A stretch of DNA of 64,000 bases, taken from contig JASVEC010000019.1 in NCBI GenBank assembly GCA_030770535.1, positions 806,001 through 870,000 of the forward strand. The letters are read 5' to 3'. Both the position numbers and the translations under genes were made by a program. Below, piece by piece: positions 50,790 to 63,346 of the stretch (the stretch's first letter is position 1; every line of letters starts with the position of its first letter). The notes beneath the pieces were generated by a model that did not search any database, had not been told where the DNA came from, and saw only the letters and a program-made list of their open reading frames with translations. Source of the stretch: Batkoa obscura. Lineage: Eukaryota.

Positions 50790-51009
50790 TATATAAAAAT
50801 ATTGCTAATTGTAATAATATTAGGGATGTCTGAATTAGTTCCAGAAGTCGGTCAAAAATTAATCCAAATTGAGTTTTTAAATTTGTAAGTCTTTAATATA
50901 TGATTAATTAAACTTAAAAAGCTTAAAATTAAGTAAAGAAAACTTAATTTAAAAAACTTTTTTAATTACTTTACTTTTTTTAATCATATTTTACATTGTT
51001 TTTATTATA

Positions 51010-51110
51010 TGGGGATGTATCTTTGTGTTTAAGAATTTTACTAATAAATTTTCTGTTCAAACAGTGCTTAAAAAATGGAAAAAGTAATGAAGTCTAAAAA
51101 AACACCCCCA
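51010..51110 (+). mobile_element. ~100-bp MITE
   Basis: TA|TGGGGATGTATC ... AAAAAAACACCCCCA|TA. Confidence 0.85.
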
Positions 51111-51249
51111 TATGTTTAATAGATATACAATATATAAGTATATAATCATTCAACTTTAGCTTTATCAAAGTAAAAATAAAATCCAAACTTTTACAATTAA
51201 ACTTTAAAATAAAATTTTCAAAAAGTTTAATATAATAAGGAAAAGCATA

Positions 51250-51349
51250 TGGGGATGTGTTTTTTTGTTTAAGAATTTTATTAACAATCTTTTTGCTCAA
51301 ATAGCACTTAAAAAATGGAAAAAGGAATGAAACCAAAAAAACATCTCCA
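51250..51349 (+). mobile_element. ~100-bp MITE
   Basis: TA|TGGGGATGTGTTTTT ... AAAAAAACATCTCCA|TA. Confidence 0.85.
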
Positions 51350-51764
51350 TATTTTAACAACTTAAAAAATAAAGCAGTAGCTATGTTAATATCTTTTAAA
51401 TATATACCAAGTAATTTAAAATACAGCAAGAAAAACAGATTTATGTAATATATATGCCCAGTATATAGTTGGAAAAAAGTTATTTAAAAGTAAAATATAT
51501 TCAGCGATAAAATATAAAGCAAACATCAAAAAAAGTTGTATAAATTTTATATTGATACTTAAAAAAATGTTTGATAAAGTTATTAAAAAATTAAATAATA
51601 AAAGTTGCAATAATTTTAAACTCTAGATAAAATATAAAAATAGGAATAAGACCGGATTTAATAAATTTAAACTATTATAAGTTATGTTAGTAATAAAACT
51701 TAGTGTGTACTTAAAAAATGATAAAATAATAAACAAAATTTGTTTTGATTATATATCTGGAATA

Positions 51765-52192
51765 TGTGAAATATCACTTTGCCAGCTCTATGATTAATTA
51801 TAATATAACAATCACTTAAGTCATTGTGTTCTCGAGTTCAGGCATAGTCAATCTTAACCCTTTTATTTTGATTTGCTGCAAGAATTTTTAATTTCACATT
51901 GCAAAGAATATTATCCTCTCATTTGATATTCATACTTGTTGAGGTATAAAAGATATTTTCAAACATAGTAACTCGAGGCTTTTTGATTGAGTTATTCCCT
52001 GATATCCTTACCTTCAATAAAGTTACTAAATCTTTCCGATAGCATTTTACATAGATTCTACAATAGCATCGTCCACTCTATTTATCTTACATAGTCTGTA
52101 GGATATTATGTGCTGTTCTTCATAATTCAAGTCTACCCTAGCTACATAAACTAAGGTCTTTTGACTCTAATCACTGTGTATCAGATTTTGTA
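51765..52192 (+). mobile_element. 464-bp TG...CA element, copy 6 (old, diverged, internal deletion)
   Basis: Starts TGTGAAATATCACTTTG, colinear with the family, deletion between two ttgact/tcgact motifs near the 3' end. Confidence 0.75.
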
Positions 52193-52194
52193 AA

Positions 52195-52294
52195 CGGGAG
52201 TGTTTTTTTTGACTTCATTATTTTTTCCATTTTTAAGCGCTATTTAAGCGGAAAAATTGCTAGTAAAATTCTTAAACACAAAAATACATCCCCG
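52195..52294 (-). mobile_element. ~100-bp MITE with C/G terminal variant
   Basis: CGGGAGTGTTTTTTTT ... AAAAATACATCCCCG|TA. Confidence 0.85.
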
Positions 52295-52924
52295 TATGCA
52301 AGGGACTGTTTAATTGGTTTAATATCTAGAGAGCTTTCATTTAGAAAGTTTATAAAAATTAAGATATAAGTAGTCACAGAAAATTATTTTAAAATTTAAA
52401 ATTTATTATTATTATTTAAAAGAAATTATAGAATAAATAATAGAATAAATACCAATTTTGATTTCTTACTAAGCATTATAGAAAAAACATAGTTGACAAA
52501 CATTTCGAAAATCTTTCACAATAGAAAGTTTTAAAATAGTAGATAATTTCAAGATTTAAGTTTTTTATTTATAAACATGATAAAAATAATAATTCAACTG
52601 TTAATAATAAGAAAATAGATGTAATTTAAAAAAAAACAAAAATAAAAAATAAAAATAAAAACAAAAATATGAAATATTAAAAAATGTTTATATTTTATTA
52701 AATATAATAACAAATTACATTGTTGTCCAGTATTTAATAAATTAAAAAAAGTAATGTAATTCCAAATAAAGTTATAAAGTTTATAGAAAATAGAAAAATA
52801 AAAAAGTCAACTACAGCTTATAAAAATAACAGAAATTTTAAAAAGTTCTAATATTTATTAAACAAGTAATTTATTAAATGGTAGAAATCAATTATCAAAT
52901 ATTAATATTGCTTAAATTACTAAG

Positions 52925-53378
52925 GACTGAATTAATAAATAGTTAAAAAACAAGTAACTTTAATAATAAATAAAAACTACTATTACATCACTTGTATTAT
53001 ATACGGATGATTAATTATAATTTTAGGGTTAACCACTCCCTTTAATGCGGTTATTTATTACTTATTAGTAATATATGGGGATATGTTTTTGTGTTTAAGA
53101 ATTTTACTAACAAATTTTCCGTTCAAATAGTGCTTAAAAGATGGAAAAAGTGGTAAAGCCAAAAAAATATCACCATGTTAATAAAACAATCATAACATTA
53201 GTAATTTATTTATTTGATAACAAATTTGTAATGTTGGCTATGAATCAATTAATGACGAATATTTCTCAATGAAGTTCTATAAAAATTTGTATTTATTTAT
53301 ATACTACAACTTTGATCAATATCTATATCTAGGTTATATTAATAAAGACCTTGTTAATCCGAGAATCTCCATTAAATT
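52925..53378 (+). repeat. ~340-bp dispersed repeat, copy B (contains a MITE)
   Basis: Colinear with 20925-21268 apart from the MITE at 53076-53175. Confidence 0.8.
53076..53175 (+). mobile_element. ~100-bp MITE at a filled site
   Basis: tattagtaataTA|TGGGGATATG...TATCACCA|TGttaa versus empty tattagtaataTAttaa at ~21053-21069. Confidence 0.85.
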
Positions 53379-54466
53379 TAGTAGGAATTCAGCTAATTTA
53401 TGATATAAATTATAGTCAAATGATTTAAAATTGTCTCAAGTACTTTTGGTTTTTAATAGAATAATTAAATCGTGTTGTGTAAAAATTAAAGAATACATCT
53501 ATGAAATCTTGAATAGTTTTACATATAAACATATAATATTATTTAAATAACATCTACTTACAATAAGTTAAATAAACTTTGTACTCTTATTCGATTTTGT
53601 TTCATTTTAATCTAACATTTGAAACTTAAAAATATTTTATTTAATTTCAAAACTTTCAACCTTATGTATAAACTTACCTATATAAAATACAAGGTGCCGT
53701 TAAATAAGGACAGGAAGTTTTTAAGTATATTGGAATGAAATAATTAATTCAAAATTGTTATATAGATCAATATGTCAAACTAAACTCACAGAAATGCTAG
53801 GCACATTCGAGCATATAGAGGACATTATAGTTGTAAAAAAGTAAATCATTTATTAGTTTATTAATTAAATAACATATCAACTAAACCTTTTTAAGTTATA
53901 TGCTTTGTTATTCCTATTTTGTTTTATAGTAACTATATTTTTTATCAAGTATTCTTTAAATATAGTGCTATATAAAATGTTATAAATACTTCAGTTTCTT
54001 AATACTAAAAAAAATTAACTTATAGATCTATAGTTGAATAGACCATTGATTTACACTTTAGTTACTTTTAAGATATAGATTTTCAATAGCAAATAGAAAA
54101 TAAATGAGTAGGAGAAAAATTATATTAATTTATACAGAATGGGTAAACTATAAGGTGTTATCAACCTCCCTGTTTTTTAGTGAGTTCAATACTAAAAAAA
54201 ACGATTTAGCTTTTTAACATTGCAATCCTTTATGTGGTTAATAAACAATGGTAGATTTTTTTTCTTAAGTTGATCCAAAATTTCTAAATAAAGTAATGTT
54301 TTACTTAAAATTGAACGCCGGTTTAAAATAAGTCTGGAGTAAATAACTGAAGTTAGTAATAGCGAGCTTGAATTGATCTAAAGAAAAATGAATGATCAAA
54401 TCAAGATGAGAAAAATGTATAAAAAGAAGTCATCAATTAATTTTACTTTTAGTGTTAAATTATATA

Positions 54467-55999
54467 ATGTCAAGCTACTTAAATTTGAAGGATTACTTAT
54501 CTTTAGATAAATTCATCATTTATTCTCTTCTACTTTGGGTAGCATATACTGCCTATAATGTTTATTCCACAAAGGATGAGCCTCCGATGGTACCTCATCT
54601 TCCAATTATCGGCCATACTTTACAGTTGAGAAACAATCCTAGAAGATTTCTATTAGAATGTCAAAAAAAATATGGGGATATATTTGGAGTCAACTTTTTA
54701 GGGAAGAAAATATTTGTATTCACTAACAAAGCTTCTGAGTACTTAGCTAAGGCCCATGATATGGGTATTGTTGAAGGCAGAGATAAGATATTTTTTATTA
54801 GTGAAGTACTTGGAGAGGGAAAGGATTCTCCAGGCAAACCAGATCAAATATTAGATAACGTTGCAATTGTCAAAGAAGAAATCACACCCATGCTAAAAAC
54901 CATGCTTCCAGAAGTTTTAAAAACCATGAACAGAGTTATTCAAGAAGAAATAGGTGAAGGAACCGGTCCAGAAGGTATTAATATTGAATACTTTTTTTCG
55001 AATGTAATTGCAAATTCCGTTGCTGTTCTTCTACTTGGTCCTGAATTATCAAAGGATAAAGATTTAATCTTTTTGCTACGTGACTATGCCAATAAGATAG
55101 ATAAGTGTTTAAGAAAAGGATTGCTTTGGCATTTAGTTCCTTTCATTGGAAGTTATATTGTCAATTACAAAATCAAGTATGGAAACCCATCTGTCAGTGA
55201 AAGAGAATTTATCTACTCTAGAATTGAAAAGCATATTCAAAATAGAAGACAAAAGATTAAGGGTGGGGAGGAAGTTGAGGCAAAAGGACTTGTAGATACA
55301 TTGAGTGACAAAGGGCATAATATTAGTCAAATTTCACAAGCTATTATGGTTCTTGGCTTTGCTTCTATTTCTACTACCACTAGAAGCTCTAGTCTCCTTA
55401 TTACTGATTTGTTAGCACATCCTGAAAACTTTGCAATTTTACGTGAAGAACAAAAAAGAATAACTGAACATGTAGAAAAGGATGCAACTGGGAGTCCATT
55501 ACTAAGTAAAGAGGATATTGATAAATTCTCAAATTTAAATTCTGCTATCCGCGAAACCTTAAGACATAGATCTTATCATTTAGAAGCTTGGAGACTTACT
55601 CACATTGATCGTATATTGCCTAATGGAATGAAGATTTCAAAAGGATCTTTAATGGCCCTTGATTTACCAAACATTCATTTCAATCCAGAAAATTATGGGT
55701 CTAATGGAGACAGAATGCAAAAGAAAGACCCTTCGCTTCCTCTTGAATTCCAATACAACCCATTTCAGTTCGTTGAGTCCAAACTTAAGGCTACTAGAGT
55801 AACTCAAAATTTCTTGAATTTCGGTATGGGACGTCATGCTTGTCCTGGAAGATTCTTCGCCGTTCAAGAAATTACTTCCTTAGTAAGTACCCTTTTGCAA
55901 AAATACCGTATTGAGACAAAAGATGGTAAACCTAAAGAGTTCTATACTGGAGACTTTGGAATACCAGACCCTTATGTTGTATTTAAACCTTTAGCTTAG
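54467..55999 (+). CDS. Cytochrome P450, intronless, 510 aa
   Basis: N-terminal TM plus PPMVP hinge, I-helix GFASISTT, ETLR, heme motif FGMGRHACPGRFFA. Confidence 0.95.
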   Translation: MSSYLNLKDYLSLDKFIIYSLLLWVAYTAYNVYSTKDEPPMVPHLPIIGHTLQLRNNPRRFLLECQKKYGDIFGVNFLGKKIFVFTNKASEYLAKAHDMGIVEGRDKIFFISEVLGEGKDSPGKPDQILDNVAIVKEEITPMLKTMLPEVLKTMNRVIQEEIGEGTGPEGINIEYFFSNVIANSVAVLLLGPELSKDKDLIFLLRDYANKIDKCLRKGLLWHLVPFIGSYIVNYKIKYGNPSVSEREFIYSRIEKHIQNRRQKIKGGEEVEAKGLVDTLSDKGHNISQISQAIMVLGFASISTTTRSSSLLITDLLAHPENFAILREEQKRITEHVEKDATGSPLLSKEDIDKFSNLNSAIRETLRHRSYHLEAWRLTHIDRILPNGMKISKGSLMALDLPNIHFNPENYGSNGDRMQKKDPSLPLEFQYNPFQFVESKLKATRVTQNFLNFGMGRHACPGRFFAVQEITSLVSTLLQKYRIETKDGKPKEFYTGDFGIPDPYVVFKPLA

Positions 56000-57001
56000 T
56001 TTTAGTTGTCATTAAATTGAAAAATAAATTGATTTGTTATCTCATGTTTTATAACAACTATTTAAAACAATTCAATAATCTAGACAGAAATAGCTCAAAA
56101 AAATACTATTTAATCAATTTATTATAAATGAGCTAGTCCAACTTACCCTACTTCTTTAAATGCTTGGATGTCTGTAAAGTAATTTGATTGTTTTTCCAGT
56201 AAATGTAACAGTGAGTGGTAGTTTAAAGACAATAAAGTTCAAAGTTAATATACAAATAAGTCAGTTAAAAATAACGTTTATTATAAAAAAGCTCCCATCC
56301 AAGACGGATATGAGCTGTTTTTATGTTCTTATTTTTGCTTTATTCATATATCAGATTATTTAACATAATAATATGGTTTTTTATAGTATTTTGCATAAAT
56401 CCATTTTTATGAAAAAACTTACATTTCATGACACTTAATTGTCAGGAATGGAGAATTATCCTAGCATATTAGCACTTAACTATTAGATACATGGTATACA
56501 GCTGTTGCAACTCTACAACTTTATTTAGTGCTCATTTTTATAGTAAATTATTTTAGTTTTTTTATGTCTGATTCTTAATTTTTAGTCAAATCTTAAGATA
56601 TATTTTTTCTTAGATGAGCAGTTAATTAGATCAAAATAGAACTGCAACAAGTGTATTTGATCAAATCATTTGAATTAAGGGTTAAGTAATCTTGTCCTAT
56701 TTAATTCGAAAAATAAAATGGAACTGATAGAAAGGGATCCTTGTAAAGGGGCTCATAGATAAAAAAAACAAGTTAGTAAAATACTCGAAAGGAGCAATTT
56801 ATTAGTATTCGAGTCAATCTTAATCAAAAAGTCTTTAAAATGAACACAAAGCCCATCTTAGCTTGACATTCCTTTATAAATTATTGGTTTCTTATCATTT
56901 AGTCAAAAGTTGCTACTATTGATAATAGCATTAATAACATATGTTCTGAGATCTATGGTTATTATAAAAAAATTAATTAATATCAAATATTTATTTAGAT
57001 T

Positions 57002-58078
57002 TTAATTTTTTGGTTCAGCTAATTCAATAGCAAAACCTAAGGCTAGTTTAACGAATTCCGAAACATGATTGTAGTTAACGAATTGAGTAGTATCTGAAGT
57101 AGTATGTAATCTGTTATTTAAGATGTCTTCACCAGGTTGACATGATTTGTATCCAGCTCTTGTATAAGACGCGTGATCACTGCAAGCATATCCACATTGA
57201 CCATTGATCCATTTATAAGAAGAATAATTGTCAATAATTAATCTCAAAAATTGAGTTAATTCAGGATCAACATAATCAGTTAATAACTTGATTTGTTTGT
57301 TAACATTATAACCAGTCATGTCTAATTGAATCATTCCAACTACCTTCTTGGACTGTTTAGCATAAGCTTGAGCAATATCTTGACTTCCTCTTAACCCTAC
57401 TTCTTCAGCTGCATAGAATTGGAATTCAATACTGCGTTTGAATTTCAAATTGCTTTTAGATAAACAACGTAAGGCCTCTAAAATTGTAGTAGTACCAGAA
57501 CCATCATCATCAGCACCAGGAGCTCTTCCATTGGTAGGATCACGTGAGTTGATGGAGTCTAAATGAGCTCCAATGACAATGATCTCATCTTTTAATTCCT
57601 CCCCTTCAATTCTAGCAATAATGCTATTCTGGACCCAAGAATGTTTATAAAAATTAGCACTAAAACTACTGCCTAATGCAGCACCTGCTTTTTTGACTTC
57701 TTCCATTAAATAGTTTACAGCTTGTACACCATAGTTTGAAGCATAATATCTATTATGGAAAGCAGAATATCTTTCGAGAAATTGAGACATAGTGTTTTGA
57801 TCGATAAATGATTGTGCCTTTTTGACAACAGTAGGGTAAGATACTTTAGCAGGGAAAGCAATCAAACTACGGCTATCTGGTTGATATACAGTGGTTTTGG
57901 GGTTATCAGTGATATCAAAAAAATGCTTATTTTGTTTCAGTAATTGGAATACCTCAGCCTCTGTCACCCATTTTGGAGCTTCCGATTCCGAAGTTTGGAT
58001 CAATCTTTTGCCTTCAGGATTAGCAGCAGAGGCTAAAGGTAACAAAGATAGTAATAACAAGTTAATAAGAGATTTCAT
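57002..58078 (-). CDS. Secreted M28-family leucine aminopeptidase (Lap1-like)
   Basis: Signal peptide, IGAHLDS, APGADDDGSG, YAAEEVGLRGS, QLDMTGY, CGYACSDHAS, HTTSD. Confidence 0.92.
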   Translation of the reverse strand: MKSLINLLLLSLLPLASAANPEGKRLIQTSESEAPKWVTEAEVFQLLKQNKHFFDITDNPKTTVYQPDSRSLIAFPAKVSYPTVVKKAQSFIDQNTMSQFLERYSAFHNRYYASNYGVQAVNYLMEEVKKAGAALGSSFSANFYKHSWVQNSIIARIEGEELKDEIIVIGAHLDSINSRDPTNGRAPGADDDGSGTTTILEALRCLSKSNLKFKRSIEFQFYAAEEVGLRGSQDIAQAYAKQSKKVVGMIQLDMTGYNVNKQIKLLTDYVDPELTQFLRLIIDNYSSYKWINGQCGYACSDHASYTRAGYKSCQPGEDILNNRLHTTSDTTQFVNYNHVSEFVKLALGFAIELAEPKN

Positions 58079-59201
58079 AGTTCAGTTCAATGTCTCGAAG
58101 ATTTATATTTACTAAATAGCGACTTTCGTTGCTTATATACTTTCTAATTCCATGCTTTGCTATAAAAAACAGATGACTTGATTGTGATACATCATTTCTT
58201 CGAAATATTGTCAGTTACGTTCTAATATTTGCTGCTGATTTAATGTCACTTGGTTTTTATTCTTAATTACTGATTTACTATCTTATTTTAGTATTCTAAT
58301 TAATAACTATCTAATTGTACCTTTATCTCGCATAAATTCGAATGACTATCGATTATGAAAAATAGTTATTAAATCTTAAATGAACCACTAATATACTAAA
58401 TCAATGTTCCGCCTCCTAATCTCCTATTTTATAAAATTAACTTGATAAATGCTGTCTAAAACGTGTATTTTTCAAAGGAATGCTAATATAAATTGGAGTT
58501 TATTTTAAAATGTTGTAAAATAATTATAACTTAAGCTTAACTTGTACTTTCATATAATAGAAAAGTCATAATACCAAAATTTTATCAAATAGAATTACTT
58601 AAATTCTACATATTTAAATAAATGCTCTAAGTTTTTTTTCTTGGAGTTAAAAATTGAATTAATCATAAGTTTTTATTGCCAAATCGTGTGTCCATATCCC
58701 TTCATGATAAGGAAATAGTAATCTGGTGATTTAATTCAAAAGCTAAAGTCTAACTTTTTTAAGAACACAATAAATAACAATATTCAGTAAGGTATGATAT
58801 GCTTTAAATGATAAGATTGAAGATATGTATATATATTGATAGACTTACAACCAGACTTTGAACTGTCGACTTTATTAAAATCCTATTTCAATCATTTATA
58901 TTTTATTACACATCAAATTTTCTGTAGTTATAATTTTAATAAATCTTGTAAAAAATCAATGACTAGTATCATTCAGGTTTAAATTAAATCGAGAATTCTT
59001 ATATAATTTGAGCATTACTTTTATTAGCTTAAAAAATAAATTTAATATAATGTTTAATTTGGATTTTCCAAACGCAGCTAGTCAGCAACAGGAATTATAG
59101 AGAAACTTTGATGCTATGAGCCTACTCGGTAGTCTTCTGATTTGTTTGTAGTTTGTTAATAAATTACTTAGAGGTTTTGCTTCTTTGAAGAAATTAAAAA
59201 A

Positions 59202-59299
59202 CGAGACTGTTTTTTTTGGTTTCACTATCTTTCCATTTTTTAAGCGCTATTTGAGTGGAAAGATTGTAGTGGAATCTTAAACAAAAAAATACATTCCCA
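59202..59299 (-). mobile_element. ~100-bp MITE
   Basis: cgagactgttttttttgg ... aaaaatacattccca. Confidence 0.75.
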
Positions 59300-59474
59300 A
59301 ATAGTATATCTCGTAAAATTTGCAAAAATGAATTTATGCATTAAAAATAGCTGGAACATAAATAAACTTATATTTTTATTACATACTATGTGATTTAATA
59401 GTAAGATATTTGTACTTTAATTTTTTTCCAAAACTTATCAACTTTTAAGTTTTAAAAATTAAAAAAAATGTAGG

Positions 59475-59577
59475 TAGGGATATATCTTTTGCTTAGGAAT
59501 CTTACTAACAACTATTCTATTCTACTTAAATAGCACTTGAAAAATGGAAAAAGCGATGAAATAAAAAAACATCATTA
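59475..59577 (+). mobile_element. ~100-bp MITE (degenerate)
   Basis: tagggatatatctttt ... cttaaatagcacttgaaaaatggaaaaagcgatgaaataaaaaaacatc. Confidence 0.65.
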
Positions 59578-60025
59578 CATCTATAATTATATTTTCAATA
59601 CAATTAAAAAGTAAGCTCTTAAAAAATTATTGAGTTAGTATCTTATTATATCAAAACCAAAACTTTTAATTTATGGCTCTTATACTCAAATCATTAGAAT
59701 AGAAAGAATGGAAAACAGGGTAATCACTGCTTATAAAATTTAGGAATAAAAAAATGCTTACATAGCATGCTTTCCTAGTTAAGGATTAGACTGATAATAG
59801 TATAAGCTCTCAAAGTGAACAAACTATCGAAATGCAAAACATATGGAAATAATATATAATCGGTTATATGATAGTTTAATAACACTCAAAATTCCAATAT
59901 TTGTCACACTTAACATTGGGATAAAAATTTTAAACATTTAACAATAAAACAATCCAGGTCATTTAAGATATAAAAATAAATACTATCATTAAAATTAAAC
60001 AATTTTTAATACAACAACTCTAACT

Positions 60026-61321
60026 TTATTTAAAAGCATTTTCTTTTAACATGTAATTGTCCTCGCTTTTGGGATTTAAAAAGGTATAAACCTTGGATGA
60101 ATAAGTAGGCAAAAGCTTCAAAACGATATAAAACCCAATCTCAATTAAAAGAATCACAATAAAAGTAACCCAAATGGGCAATAGACCATTAAAATTAGGA
60201 TCCCATGTAATCAATCCTAAGATGATATTGATTTGTGCTAACAAAAATAAGATACGTCCAAAATACCAATGTAATTTATCATACCAAGGAACCTAAATCA
60301 AATTTAAGTAAAGTTATAAAATATAGTAATATATTGATTACAGCTAATCTATCTGGGTTATATAAGCGATCTATAGCAACACCCAATATCAATTGAATAA
60401 ACATCAAAACAAATATAAGTAGTCCTAAGATCTAAAATAAAATATTAATGAGCGTTATATCTAAAATATTATGATATAGGTTACTTCATGGGCATTCGAA
60501 AAATGAGCTGTGTTAGCCATAACAATAGCCAAAATGATACCAGATATAATAAATAGAGGGGCAATAACTCCAAGTAAACTAACATGTAACTTGAACCATA
60601 ATTTACCAAATCGATTTCTTAAAGGACCTGCACATAATATTCCCAAATAAGGGAAAATGTTCCAACCTAAAAACAACAGCACACCATGAACTAGATTTGA
60701 AGTTGTTTTAATACCACCTCCACTTCCACCTATTGCTTTTCCACTGAAGATGTCCAACTCAAATTTCCCGAAGTTGTCATGTAAGTCAATGGTGGCGTCA
60801 ACCTTGCTGGTGTTTGGCAACGTTTTACAATATGCCCATAAAAAACTGGTTGTTTTATTGGTATAAAGCTCGTCATCTTTATCCTTGGTATCTTTTAATC
60901 TTCGAAACACTACCACATTATTATTATTGGTTTGTTCATAGTTATAGCTTGTTTTGTTTGTATTTAATACCAAATCTTGCTGCTTATCGGCCATAGGTTC
61001 ATAATTACCAACACCGTATCGATCACTCAATGTGAAACTATTATCCTTATTTTTCCATACCACATACATATCAGCCGATGCCATCCATAGTCCAAATCCA
61101 ATCCCTACCCACCCAAAATCCTTTGGGTATTTTATAGTAAATTCAACCATGTTATTTAAGTCCTGTATACTGAAACAGATGGGCTCCTCTTTGACGCAGA
61201 TCTCAACTGCTTGTCTTACTTCATAGGTATCATTATTACTAGTACCCTCAACTATCTCTTGAGCCAAAATGAGTTGGATGAAACAAAGTAAAAATAAACA
61301 AGTTAAAAATAAAAATCGCAT
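60026..61321 (-). CDS. DOMON domain plus cytochrome b561-type membrane protein
   Basis: Signal peptide, GWVGIGFG..MASADMYV, LSDR, H; then HGVLLFLGW, WFKLH, HE|ILG and DKLHWYFGR (b561 His ligands); two introns. Confidence 0.88.
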
Positions 61322-62471
61322 CTTTTTAGTTTGATTAAAAAATTAAATTAAATTAAAAGAAAGATTATCTTTTCTCTCTTTTTTTTCTAGATTTTTACAA
61401 ACTATTTGTGTAGAATAAATCGAAGGTTCTATTTGCACTGTTTTAATTGTACTTTAAACCCTTATGGCTCCATCCATTGGTGGGTTTGAATTGAATTTCT
61501 ATATATGGTAGTTTGGTAGAAGCTTTAGAACTTCGTTTATTCTTTTGCTCCACTCCCTGAAATAATTCATTAACAAATTCTTTTATTCTTCAATTTGTTA
61601 TTTAATCATCCTAATATTGTATTTAATAATTACTAATCAGCCCTCTCTACATTTATTTAACAGTTAAAACAATTAGATAGAAGTATTAATTTACATATTT
61701 CATAATCGGGTTATTTTGTAGATCTTAGATTTAATTATACAATAGTGGTTGTAGATTTTATAATATTATTTCCTATATCACTTTTTTAAATTTTCTATCA
61801 GAATAAAAGTCATTGATTTTCGAGAACAAAGCTATGATATAATAAAAATATAACTTCCTTAGTTCGGAACTTAAAGAAAGTGTTAAGTAAAGCTAGCTTT
61901 ATATACTTACTATTAAGTAATTCAATAAGTTCGGATATAATAGTAATATTAGTTGGGCCGGTAAAGCAATTCTAGTTAATACAAATAATAACTATATAAA
62001 GTACATTTTGATATTAGAAATTTAAAATTTAGATCACAAATTACTTCTATAACAATAATAAGTTTCACAAAGTAATTACAATATATTTAATTCTTTGCCC
62101 TAGAATTCTTAAACTGCAACATTATTTTAAGAGTATACTTTTACAACTGAATCAATTTTTATACGGCGATTTTTTAGCTTATAAACATAGAGTAATAATA
62201 AGTAATTCAGAACTTTCATTTCGTTATACAAGCTTTGATTATCTTAAAAAACTAATTTGTTTGAACTATCCGATTTACAATAGATTAATGATACGAGGGT
62301 GTTTGTAATCAAATCATGAATTCTAAAAATAATAAAGTATAGGAACTCCCTTTTGTAATGAAAAACAATCAAAAGTTATTTTTATGAAATAATTATAAAA
62401 GATCTGCCAACTTAATATTAATACTAAAAATAAAGCTCACTACTATATTCTAGTTTATTTTTATATAGTAT

Positions 62472-63346
62472 TTAACTATTATATAAACTGTTATCCTGCT
62501 TCTCCGATTTTAAATAATTAAATAGAGCATCTCTTAGCTTATGTATCAGAATTAAAAGTAGGCCATATATTAACTCAGCAATGAATGCGAAAGCGAAAGT
62601 GAGTATAGAAAACAAGGGATGCTTATTATAATCCATAAAGAAATAGGTCCATACACCGAATCTAAATTAAGTAAGTCAAGGAAACAAAAAAGAAACATTA
62701 AAACTTACACTTCATGAATTATAATAGATAAGACTAAATAAAATATAGAAAATAACTGTACAAAGAATACAAATACAAAATAAAACTTGGCTTTGGTTAA
62801 TAAAAACTCAATCGAAATGATGATATAGTTAAAACCATGCATCGAGGTAGTTAAAAACAAATAGGTGGAGTTATGGTTACTATTATAATCCTCTTTAAAC
62901 AACAAAGACCAATATGTCAATGAGATCAAAAAAGCAAACACTAAATTAGTATGGTATAATAAACGTTGGGCAATAACTATTCCCGTTTTAGGCTGAAAAG
63001 CTTGATTAGGATCTCTTCTAACATAAACAATACTCAAATACAAAGACAACTAAAATAATATTAATATTCTAGTTCTTATCTATATTACTTATAAACTCAC
63101 CAATAAATAAACAAAAAGTGAATAAAAGGATATATTAGTCATATGACCAAAAATATTAATAAGGTCATTTGTATGGTAAACGATACAAATTACAATAACT
63201 ATAAATATATAAATAGTGAAGAAGGCTCTGATGAGTAACAGATGAAAAGGATTAATGAAATTGGAAGTAACAGAAAGTTCAGGATCGTTTTGATGAATAA
63301 CGAATCCACTTAAATAACTCTTAAAAAACTTATTATACTCTTTCAT
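62472..63346 (-). CDS. Multi-pass membrane protein, FAR-17a/AIG1-like (rolling-stone-like)
   Basis: Three exons; HMTNISF, YWSLL, SMHGFN and WTYFFMD motifs; about six hydrophobic segments. Confidence 0.7.

Noticed and set aside
50706..51429. ORFs with FFKCYL...KILKQKNTSP (also at 19853 and 26676, and opposite-strand versions at 26784 and 47008)
   Set aside because: Translations of MITE sequence, not a protein family.
54467..58078. Intronless P450 and aminopeptidase as horizontal transfers
   Set aside because: Both have typical fungal features (ER anchor, signal peptide, host-like AT content); lack of introns alone is not evidence.
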